A stretch of DNA of 35,910 bases, taken from positions 5,208 to 41,117 of the forward strand of contig CAYJJY010000002.1 of assembly GCA_964370615.1 (NCBI GenBank). The letters are read 5' to 3'. This document shows, one piece after another, positions 27,000 to 35,910 of this stretch (position 1 is the first letter of the stretch; the number at the start of each line of letters is the position of its first letter). This DNA comes from an uncultured Muribaculaceae bacterium (GTDB lineage Bacteria > Bacillota_I > Bacilli_A > RF39 > UBA660). The translations under genes were made by a program, and so were the position numbers. A model generated the notes under the pieces. That model ran no database searches. It had not been told where the DNA came from and saw only the letters and a list, made by a program, of their open reading frames with translations.

Positions 27000-27008
27000 A
27001 TTATAACA
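27000..27008 (-). promoter_or_regulatory. Extended -10 (TGTTATAAT) upstream of the interrupted small gene
   Basis: Minus strand TGTTATAAT lies about 27 nt upstream of the ATG at 26973. Confidence 0.4.
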
Positions 27009-27053
27009 GTATTGAATATATTTTACATTATTAAAAAAAACATTTTCATGCTT

Positions 27054-28010
27054 TTATTTGTAATGTGATATTATTGGATAGATTGAAACTATTTTATCAG
27101 AATTAACTAAAGTTACAACTTTTACTTTATTTGTATTGATAGATGTAACTGTTCCTATATGCCTTGGAAATTCTACTATATATTCATCGGTATAATTAAA
27201 ATTATAAATAGTTAAGTTTTTAATTTTCTCTTTACAATAATCAATACAGTGTTGTATTTCTAAATTAGAATTAAAGATACCGTGAATTTGTTTTGTATCA
27301 TTTTTTTCATAATGATTTTTTATATGATTATGTACCTTCCTTTCATCATAATTTTCTAATAAATTGGAAAAATAACATAATTCATTTTCTGGCTTTGTTT
27401 CTTCAATTACCATTGTTTTAATTTTGTGATAATCATTAAGGTTTAAGAATTTAGATTCGTTTTCTAAAAAAAGTTTTCGTGCTTTTTCTTTATTATCAGA
27501 TTTATAATAAATTAAAATTGCTCTTAACAAATTACTTGGCTCGTTTTGATTTAATACTTTTATAGCTTCGTCATATTGCATTTGCAAAGACAGAATATCT
27601 GATTTTAATCTAATGACTTCTTTACTTTTACATTCCATGGTGTTAACAATCTTTAACGCTTTTTGATAATCGTGCTTAGCAATATATATTTTTGCTTGAA
27701 TAATTTTTAGCTCTTTATGATACTTTTTCGAATTAATAAATTCATTTTTTAGAATTTCATCATAACGTCCTAGGGCGAATAATACTTTTATTTTATAAAA
27801 TTCGTATTTTTCATTTTGTATAATAACCTCTTCTAATGTTTCTAGTAATTTGTCATATTGTTTTGTATATTCTAAATAAATATCTAATTTTTTATATACA
27901 TAATCATCTGTACAAAATCCAGTTATTTTACTATCTAAAAATTGTAAAGCTTTTTGATAGTCCTTATTTTCCATTAACATTTCGTATTGTAACATAGTTA
28001 TTGATTTCAT
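27054..28010 (-). CDS. TPR-like repeat protein with an uncharacterised C-terminal domain
   Basis: Helical-hairpin motifs recur (KDYQKALQFL, HDYQKALKIV, MQYDEAIKVL). The ATG at 28010 has AGAGGT 5 nt upstream and is preferred to the track start at 28040. Confidence 0.7.
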   Translation of the reverse strand: MKSITMLQYEMLMENKDYQKALQFLDSKITGFCTDDYVYKKLDIYLEYTKQYDKLLETLEEVIIQNEKYEFYKIKVLFALGRYDEILKNEFINSKKYHKELKIIQAKIYIAKHDYQKALKIVNTMECKSKEVIRLKSDILSLQMQYDEAIKVLNQNEPSNLLRAILIYYKSDNKEKARKLFLENESKFLNLNDYHKIKTMVIEETKPENELCYFSNLLENYDERKVHNHIKNHYEKNDTKQIHGIFNSNLEIQHCIDYCKEKIKNLTIYNFNYTDEYIVEFPRHIGTVTSINTNKVKVVTLVNSDKIVSIYPIISHYK

Positions 28011-28030
28011 ACATACCTCTTTTTGGTTAT

Positions 28031-28059
28031 ATTTTATCATGTTTTTTAATTTTTGACAA
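28031..28059 (-). promoter_or_regulatory. Promoter of the TPR-protein gene
   Basis: Minus strand TTGTCA (28059-28054), 17 nt ending in TGA, TAAAAT (28036-28031). Confidence 0.55.
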
Positions 28060-28060
28060 C

Positions 28061-30603
<2,543 letters not shown>

Positions 30604-30632
30604 AAAATTCTCCTTTTTTAATTTTATGTAAT

Positions 30633-30657
30633 AAAAAAAAGGATAGTAATTCCTTTT
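30633..30657 (-). terminator. Intrinsic terminator after uppP
   Basis: Minus strand AAAAGGA-ATTACTA-TCCTTTT followed by a T-run. Confidence 0.65.
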
Positions 30658-31458
30658 TCATATAAACAACCATAATATTATAGCTATTCCAATAATGATA
30701 CGATAAATCATAAATATTTTAAAATCGTGTTTTTTAATGTATTGTAGTAAAAAGGCAATACAGAAGTATCCTGTTATAAATGAAATTAGTATCCCTAGTC
30801 CAAATGTTGGTAAGTTATTAATAATTAAATCTAAGGTACCTGGTTTTATAATTGAATATAATGTTGCTCCACCTACTACTGGTACAGCTAAGTAAAATGA
30901 AAATTTCGCACTTTCTTCTCTATTCATTTTTAGAAATCTGGCTGCTGTTATAGTAGTTCCACTTCTTGAAAATCCTGGTATTAAAGCTAATACTTGAGCA
31001 CAACCAATAATTAAAGCATGATACCATTTGATGGTTTCTATTGTTTTTTCTTGTTTATTTATTTTATCTGCAAAATATAGTAAAACACCTACAAATATTA
31101 AGGCTAAGGCAATAATTAATGTTTGTTCTCTAAAAAAGTTATCTACAACATCTTCGAAAGCTATTCCAATAATACCTGCTGGTATGGTAGCTAATATTAA
31201 ATACCAAAATACTTTACCATGTTTAGTTTTTGTTCCTTTAGTTAGTCCTTCAAATCCTATTTTCCATAGGTCTTTGAAAAAGTAAATACCGATTGCTAAA
31301 AGTGTTCCAAAATGTAGCGCTAAATCAAATGTTAGTTCAATTGTTGAATCGATTGTAAGTCCAAAAATATCTCTGACTAGTATTAAGTGCGCTGATGATG
31401 ATATTGGCAAAAATTCAGCTATTCCTTGAATTATTCCTAAAATTATTACTGTTAACAT
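30658..31458 (-). CDS. uppP: Undecaprenyl-diphosphate phosphatase (BacA/UppP)
   Basis: GIAEFLPISSSAHL...PGFSRSGTTI motifs and 8 TM segments. The stop is TGA. Confidence 0.9.
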   Translation of the reverse strand: MLTVIILGIIQGIAEFLPISSSAHLILVRDIFGLTIDSTIELTFDLALHFGTLLAIGIYFFKDLWKIGFEGLTKGTKTKHGKVFWYLILATIPAGIIGIAFEDVVDNFFREQTLIIALALIFVGVLLYFADKINKQEKTIETIKWYHALIIGCAQVLALIPGFSRSGTTITAARFLKMNREESAKFSFYLAVPVVGGATLYSIIKPGTLDLIINNLPTFGLGILISFITGYFCIAFLLQYIKKHDFKIFMIYRIIIGIAIILWLFI

Positions 31459-31493
31459 AAATCCCCCTTTATTAAATATATTATAATTACTTA

Positions 31494-32057
31494 TTAATTA
31501 TGTTTTTGTGAAAAAAGGCAACCGCAATAATCTTGACGATATAAATCATATTCTTTACTATATTGGATACTTTTTTTATAGCCTTCATTTTTTTTAAAAT
31601 CACTTACTAAAAATTTCTTTGATATTTGTTTACCTAGTTCATTAATCATAGTTGAATTTTTATGAGGACTTACTGTTAATGTTGTAGCAAAATAATCATA
31701 TTCTTGACTTTTTTCGGCTACTTTTTCTAACCTTATTTTAAAGCAAACTTCACATCTTTTAAAGCCTTCTTTTTCATTTTCTAGTCCTTTTATTTTATCA
31801 CGATATAATTCATTATCATAATCTGAATCTATTATTTTAATATTTAATAATCGACATAACTTTATTTGTTCTTGCTTTCTTTTTTCATATTCTTCTAGTG
31901 GTTCAATATTTGGGTTGTAAAAAATTACAGTGACATTAAAATAATTTTTTAAATAATTGATTACATAGCTACTGCATGGGGCACAACAACTGTGTAGTAA
32001 TAAATTTGGTTTATTACTTAAATTATTTATTGTTTCTAAAAATATTTTATTATACAA
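31494..32057 (-). CDS. queH: Epoxyqueuosine reductase QueH (DUF208)
   Basis: LLLHSCCAPCSS...C.VC...R and the C-terminal YRQDYCGC motif. There is no in-frame ATG before the conserved N-terminus, so a TTG start at 32057 is implied. It overlaps the upstream gene by 8 nt. Confidence 0.85.
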   Translation of the reverse strand: MYNKIFLETINNLSNKPNLLLHSCCAPCSSYVINYLKNYFNVTVIFYNPNIEPLEEYEKRKQEQIKLCRLLNIKIIDSDYDNELYRDKIKGLENEKEGFKRCEVCFKIRLEKVAEKSQEYDYFATTLTVSPHKNSTMINELGKQISKKFLVSDFKKNEGYKKSIQYSKEYDLYRQDYCGCLFSQKHN

Positions 32058-33249
32058 AGTTAAACATAATCCATTCTGGTTTAAATATCATTAATATTCC
32101 TATTAAAACCATAATTATGCCCCCGATTAAATGTGATAATTTATTATATTTTGTAGATATTCCTGATATTTTTAAAGTTGTCATGGCTATAAAGAATACT
32201 AGTAAATCGTCTATTAAGAAGAAGAACATATAAATTAGTGAATACATTAGTGATTGCATGAATGTTAAATCATTTAGGGCTAATATTTGAGTAAATATAG
32301 CTGGTAAACCACTTGTACATGCTAATTCAACAATATTTACTGATGCTGCTAATCCTATAATTGCTATTAAAGTTGTAATAAATTTTTTATCTTTAAATAT
32401 TGGTTTATCATCATCTATGGTTGAAATTATATTTTTCATTTTTTTAAGTAAAGTTTTTCTTTTTTTATCATCGACAATTTTACAGCCATCTGCTTCTTTT
32501 CTTTCTTTGATATAAGAACTTAAATTTATATAAGCTCCTATTAAAGCAAAAAGACCAATTGCGATTCTGAAAATATTACTTGATTGAAAGAAAATGCTTA
32601 TTTGTAATACTGATAGCATTGCTAGTAAGTAAATAATAGCTGATGATGTTAAAAAAGTAACTCCAATAATCCACATCTTTTTTCTATTTTTCATATTAAA
32701 TAACATTGATATTAAAAAGATTAATACCCACATAGCACAAGGATTAAATCCATCGATAAATCCAATTGTTGCTGCTACTAGAGGTAATGATATATCTTTA
32801 GGGTTTATTGTTCCTACAAATGGTAAAATAAACTCGCCTTCTGGAGGATTTATTTCATAACTTACATCTAAATTATTTTTGGTTACGTCAACTATATCAA
32901 CGTATTCTTCACTTTGATATTTTTCAATTGCTTTGGTGATTTGGTTTTTTTGAGTTTCTCCGAATCCTTGGATACCTGTTGTTCCTATAATTGTTGATGG
33001 TACTAAGACTGAATTGATTTTTAAATTATCTAATACATTTTCTAATAAGGTACTATTTTCTTTATTATTAACAGATTCTAGCATTATTATGTTTATGTCT
33101 TCATCTTGACCATAAGTCTCATCTAACCATTCTTTTTCAGCTTGGCAATGGGTACATGTTTCAGAATAGAAAAAGTATAAATCTATTTCCTTAGCATTTA
33201 TTGTAGGAATAAAAAGTAAAAATGCTAATAATACTAATATCTTTTTCAT
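32050..33249 (-). CDS. Fusion of an exported thioredoxin/glutaredoxin-fold domain (CTHC) with a DsbD/CcdA-like membrane module (tentative)
   Basis: Signal peptide MKKILVLLAFLLFIPTINA, then YSETCTHCQAEKEW, then a polytopic region with DGFNPCAMW and a second membrane Cys (ELACTSGLP). Confidence 0.6.
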   Translation of the reverse strand: MKKILVLLAFLLFIPTINAKEIDLYFFYSETCTHCQAEKEWLDETYGQDEDINIIMLESVNNKENSTLLENVLDNLKINSVLVPSTIIGTTGIQGFGETQKNQITKAIEKYQSEEYVDIVDVTKNNLDVSYEINPPEGEFILPFVGTINPKDISLPLVAATIGFIDGFNPCAMWVLIFLISMLFNMKNRKKMWIIGVTFLTSSAIIYLLAMLSVLQISIFFQSSNIFRIAIGLFALIGAYINLSSYIKERKEADGCKIVDDKKRKTLLKKMKNIISTIDDDKPIFKDKKFITTLIAIIGLAASVNIVELACTSGLPAIFTQILALNDLTFMQSLMYSLIYMFFFLIDDLLVFFIAMTTLKISGISTKYNKLSHLIGGIIMVLIGILMIFKPEWIMFNFV

Positions 33250-33500
33250 ATGCTCTCACCTATTATTTTTTCGATTTCCTCTGTTGTTTTTTCGCCTACT
33301 ATTCTAGTTATTTCTGTACCTTCTTTTTCTAGTATAAATACTGGTAACTTATCACCTATATTATAATTACTTACTTCATCATCAAAGTCATAATCATATT
33401 CTATTGATTCTAAGTTATATTTTTTTATAATTTCATCTATTCTTGGTCTCATAATTATACATGATCCACACCAAATAGCACTGATTCTAATTAACTTCAC
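33246..33500 (-). CDS. Thioredoxin family protein (WCGSC active site)
   Basis: 84 aa with SAIWCGSC. GTG start with AAGGAG 7 nt upstream. There is a 4-nt ATGA overlap with the downstream gene. Confidence 0.8.
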   Translation of the reverse strand: MKLIRISAIWCGSCIIMRPRIDEIIKKYNLESIEYDYDFDDEVSNYNIGDKLPVFILEKEGTEITRIVGEKTTEEIEKIIGESI

Positions 33501-33504
33501 TTAA

Positions 33505-34620
33505 TCACTCCTTTATTAATTGTTGGTAACATTTTTTAAAACTTTGTTTAAATATTTCTATTTCTTTTATTGTTGTTAAATGAGATAAACTAATTCTGAT
33601 ACTCGTTTTTGCTCTTTGTTCATCATTTGTAAGGGCATATACTGATTTCGACATTCCACCTTTTGAACATGCTGTTTGAGTTGATATATATATATCATGT
33701 TGTTCTAGGGCATGTAACATTGTTTCTGGTTTTACGCCTTTTATGCTAATATTTAAAATATTAGGTACACAGTAGTCATTGCTGTTGATATAAACATTTT
33801 GATAACTTTCTAAGTAAGTTTTTATTTCATCATTTAATTTTTTGATATGAAGAGGATTTCTTTGTTCTTCAATTAATCTAATTGCTTTAGAAAATGAAAC
33901 TATCAAGGCTGTTGTTGGGGTTCCACTTCTATATATTGTTGTACTTTTACCACCACTTATTAATGGTTCTAGTGTTATATTTTCTTTTTTATATAACATT
34001 CCAATTCCTTTTAGACCATATATTTTATGAGCTGTAAATGACGCTAAATCAATATTGGTTAAATCGATATTTAATTTACCTAAGGCTTGAGTAGCATCGA
34101 CGTGAAAGAAACACTTATTATAATCTTTTAATATTAATCCAATTTCTTCAATTGGTTGAATTATTCCTATTTCACTATTTACGGCTGTAATACTTACTAA
34201 AATTGTTTCTTCTGTTAGTAGTTGTTTTAAATGTTTTATATCTACTCGACCATGTTTATCAGTATCAACAAAATCTACTTTGAAACCTTTTTTTTGTAAA
34301 TAACTAATCGGACCATATATTGAAGAATGTTCGAAATTGGTTGTTATTATATGTTTACCTCTGTTTTTGTATTTTTCACCTATTCCTTTGATTACTAAAT
34401 TATTAGATTCAGATGCTCCTGATGTATAAATTATTTCACTTTTTTTTATTTTTAATATATTTGCTATTTGATTAGTAGCTTGTTCTATAATGTTGTAAGC
34501 TTCTGTTCCTAAACGGTGTAACGAGTTAGGATTTCCAATAAAATCTTTAGTTACATCACAAAATGTTTTTAAAACTTCCTCATTTACTGGAGTAGTTGCT
34601 GAATAATCTAAATAAATCAT
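33505..34620 (-). CDS. Cysteine desulfurase family protein (class V aminotransferase, NifS-like)
   Basis: IYLDYSATTP start, PLP-lysine context FTAHKIYGLKG, and an active-site Cys in STQTACS. The stop is TGA. Confidence 0.85.
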   Translation of the reverse strand: MIYLDYSATTPVNEEVLKTFCDVTKDFIGNPNSLHRLGTEAYNIIEQATNQIANILKIKKSEIIYTSGASESNNLVIKGIGEKYKNRGKHIITTNFEHSSIYGPISYLQKKGFKVDFVDTDKHGRVDIKHLKQLLTEETILVSITAVNSEIGIIQPIEEIGLILKDYNKCFFHVDATQALGKLNIDLTNIDLASFTAHKIYGLKGIGMLYKKENITLEPLISGGKSTTIYRSGTPTTALIVSFSKAIRLIEEQRNPLHIKKLNDEIKTYLESYQNVYINSNDYCVPNILNISIKGVKPETMLHALEQHDIYISTQTACSKGGMSKSVYALTNDEQRAKTSIRISLSHLTTIKEIEIFKQSFKKCYQQLIKE

Positions 34621-34636
34621 AATATCACCTTTTTTT

Positions 34637-34665
34637 ATTATATCATTTTATCTGTCTATATTCAA
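34637..34665 (-). promoter_or_regulatory. Promoter of the desulfurase/thioredoxin/queH operon
   Basis: Minus strand TTGAAT (34665-34660), 17 nt ending in TGA, TATAAT (34642-34637). Confidence 0.6.
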
Positions 34666-34680
34666 TGATTGTTATTAAAT

Positions 34681-34702
34681 AAAAAAAGACAATGTTGTCT
34701 TT
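34681..34702 (-). terminator. Intrinsic terminator after the zinc-ribbon membrane protein gene
   Basis: Minus strand AAAGACAA-CA-TTGTCTTT palindrome followed by T7. Confidence 0.7.
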
Positions 34703-35279
34703 AGTTTTTGTTAATTATTATCTTATTGATATATCCTTCGTTATCTTTTTCGTTTAAAACCGAATAACTTGTAAATGAATTAGACTCTACTTCTACAACA
34801 ATATTCATAATTTCTGCGATTTCGCTGTAGCTAGTGCCATTATAGACTATAGTTATTTCTTTATCATATGTTGTTAAGTTTTCAATAACATCGTTTAGTA
34901 AAAATTTAACTAAACTATTATTTAATACTCCTACATCATCAATAAACATATTAAATTGTTCTTTTTCAAATGTATTATTACTTGGTTCTATTATTTCGTT
35001 TTTAACTTCATTAAAAGTTAGGAATCCAACTAACATAAAAATAGTTACGATCGAAAATATGGTTATAAACATTATAATTGGTATCATCATTAATTTTTGA
35101 ATATTTTTTTGATGTAATAATAATTTTTCTTTATTTAATGTGTTTGGTTGTTCGTTAATTGATGTACCATCATCTAGAATTATGTCATATCGACAATAGT
35201 TACATGTGTATACTTTTTGATCTATATCAACTTTTATTTTCGCCCCACAATTTGGACATTTTGCTGCTACAAATTTCAT
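34701..35279 (-). CDS. Zinc-ribbon / single-TM protein with an extracytoplasmic C-terminal domain, function unknown
   Basis: KCPNCGAKI...TCNYCRY is a zinc ribbon, followed by one TM segment (MMIPIIMFITIFSIVTIFMLVGFL). RBS is GAGGTG. Confidence 0.75.
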   Translation of the reverse strand: MKFVAAKCPNCGAKIKVDIDQKVYTCNYCRYDIILDDGTSINEQPNTLNKEKLLLHQKNIQKLMMIPIIMFITIFSIVTIFMLVGFLTFNEVKNEIIEPSNNTFEKEQFNMFIDDVGVLNNSLVKFLLNDVIENLTTYDKEITIVYNGTSYSEIAEIMNIVVEVESNSFTSYSVLNEKDNEGYINKIIINKN

Positions 35280-35406
35280 TTATTCACCTCATTTACTATT
35301 CTTTATTAATTGTATCATATATATTTTTTTATTTAAACTATTTTTGAGGCTTTTATTATATTAGCTTTTTTTATATGTGAATATGATATTTTAAAGGAGG
35401 GATTTT

Positions 35407-35904
35407 ATGAATGAAAATTGTTGTTCTAATGTAGAAAAAGCTTTGTGTAAAATCAAGGAAGCTGAAAAATATAAACCAAGTTGTCAAATTGTTAATAATA
35501 TTGTTGGTTTAAATCAATTTTTTACAGCTGTTACTAATAATGTAACTATTGGTGGTAGTGGTGATATTGTGTTTACTGATGTTACTTCTCAAAATGGTAG
35601 TTTAATTACTTTTACTGCTCCTTCTAGTAATATTTTATTAGAAGAAAATCACACTTATTTAATTAGTGTTAGTGCGAGTGGGACTACTGCTGCTTTAGAA
35701 GTTTTATCTTTAAATGCTTTTGTTAATGGAAACGAAGCTTTAGCAGTACCTTTGGTGTCTTCAAATGTTGTTGCTGGTTATAATGTTGGATTTGGTAGTT
35801 TTTATTTAACTACTACAAATGACACTTTACTTAATATTACCAATTTAAGTGCTGAAGATATTACTGGAGCTGTTGTTACTATTAATATTTTAGTTATAAA
35901 ATAA
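35407..35904 (+). CDS. Hypothetical protein with a Cys-rich N-terminus and a BclA-C-terminal-domain/C1q-like beta-sandwich-looking region (tentative)
   Basis: Strong RBS AAGGAGGG. The C-terminal 120 aa is a Thr/Ser/Val/Asn-rich beta pattern (NHTYLISVSASG...FVNGNEA...TINILVI) resembling BclA-CTD-type proteins. No collagen-like GXX repeats are present. Confidence 0.7.
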   Translation: MNENCCSNVEKALCKIKEAEKYKPSCQIVNNIVGLNQFFTAVTNNVTIGGSGDIVFTDVTSQNGSLITFTAPSSNILLEENHTYLISVSASGTTAALEVLSLNAFVNGNEALAVPLVSSNVVAGYNVGFGSFYLTTTNDTLLNITNLSAEDITGAVVTINILVIK

Positions 35905-35910
35905 TAAAAA

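Noticed and set aside
27054-27400. C-terminal ~110 aa of the TPR protein as a possible small RNase-toxin-like or HEPN-like domain (RKVHNH; tail ...VKVVTLVNSDKIVSIYP)
   Set aside because: The resemblance rests on a short motif and a generic beta-strand tail. I cannot support it without profile searches.

Overview
This is a very AT-rich segment (G+C judged by eye, not computed). It uses the standard code: TGA is a stop for ftsW-like, uppP and the cysteine desulfurase, and Trp is TGG. It looks like a cell-walled, low-GC Firmicutes/Bacilli chromosome, perhaps Erysipelotrichia-like or a Mollicutes neighbour. About 31 protein genes are present, mostly housekeeping genes on the minus strand: tlyA, nitroreductase, DHFR-family, SEDS/FtsW-like, GH31, pyk, clpC, ftsK, eno, murD, uppP, queH, thioredoxin and cysteine desulfurase. 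Short A-run/hairpin terminators and TGnTATAAT-type promoters separate them. I found no rRNA, tRNA, CRISPR array, transposase, integrase or recognisable defence system. Points worth a second look: (1) The first 3.6 kb is one long minus-strand gene that the start-to-stop ORF track cannot report because it runs off the window edge. It encodes a giant secreted protein with a 61-residue pure Asn/Asp tract and alternating Cys4 and DUF5011/HYR-like Ig modules. (2) A second, divergent MurD-like ligase overlaps a 454-aa QueC-like PP-loop/Zn-Cys4 protein behind a perfect consensus promoter. This resembles the MurD2/MurL L-Glu-ligase plus epimerase route described in Xanthomonas, and a canonical murD lies elsewhere in the window. 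(3) A type IV pilin-like leader and pilin domain is fused to a BspA/DUF285 26-residue LRR array and is co-transcribed with ftsK. (4) A plus-strand island holds four monocistronic orphan genes, including a three-part Suppressor-of-fused (SUFU) immunity-type protein with no toxin nearby. (5) A small lipoprotein/zinc-ribbon gene has an intact promoter, RBS and terminator but an in-frame TAA at codon 8. (6) A cysteine desulfurase, thioredoxin, exported-Trx/DsbD-like fusion and queH form one operon. Nothing here is demonstrably a new system from sequence alone. Items 1-3 are my best candidates.
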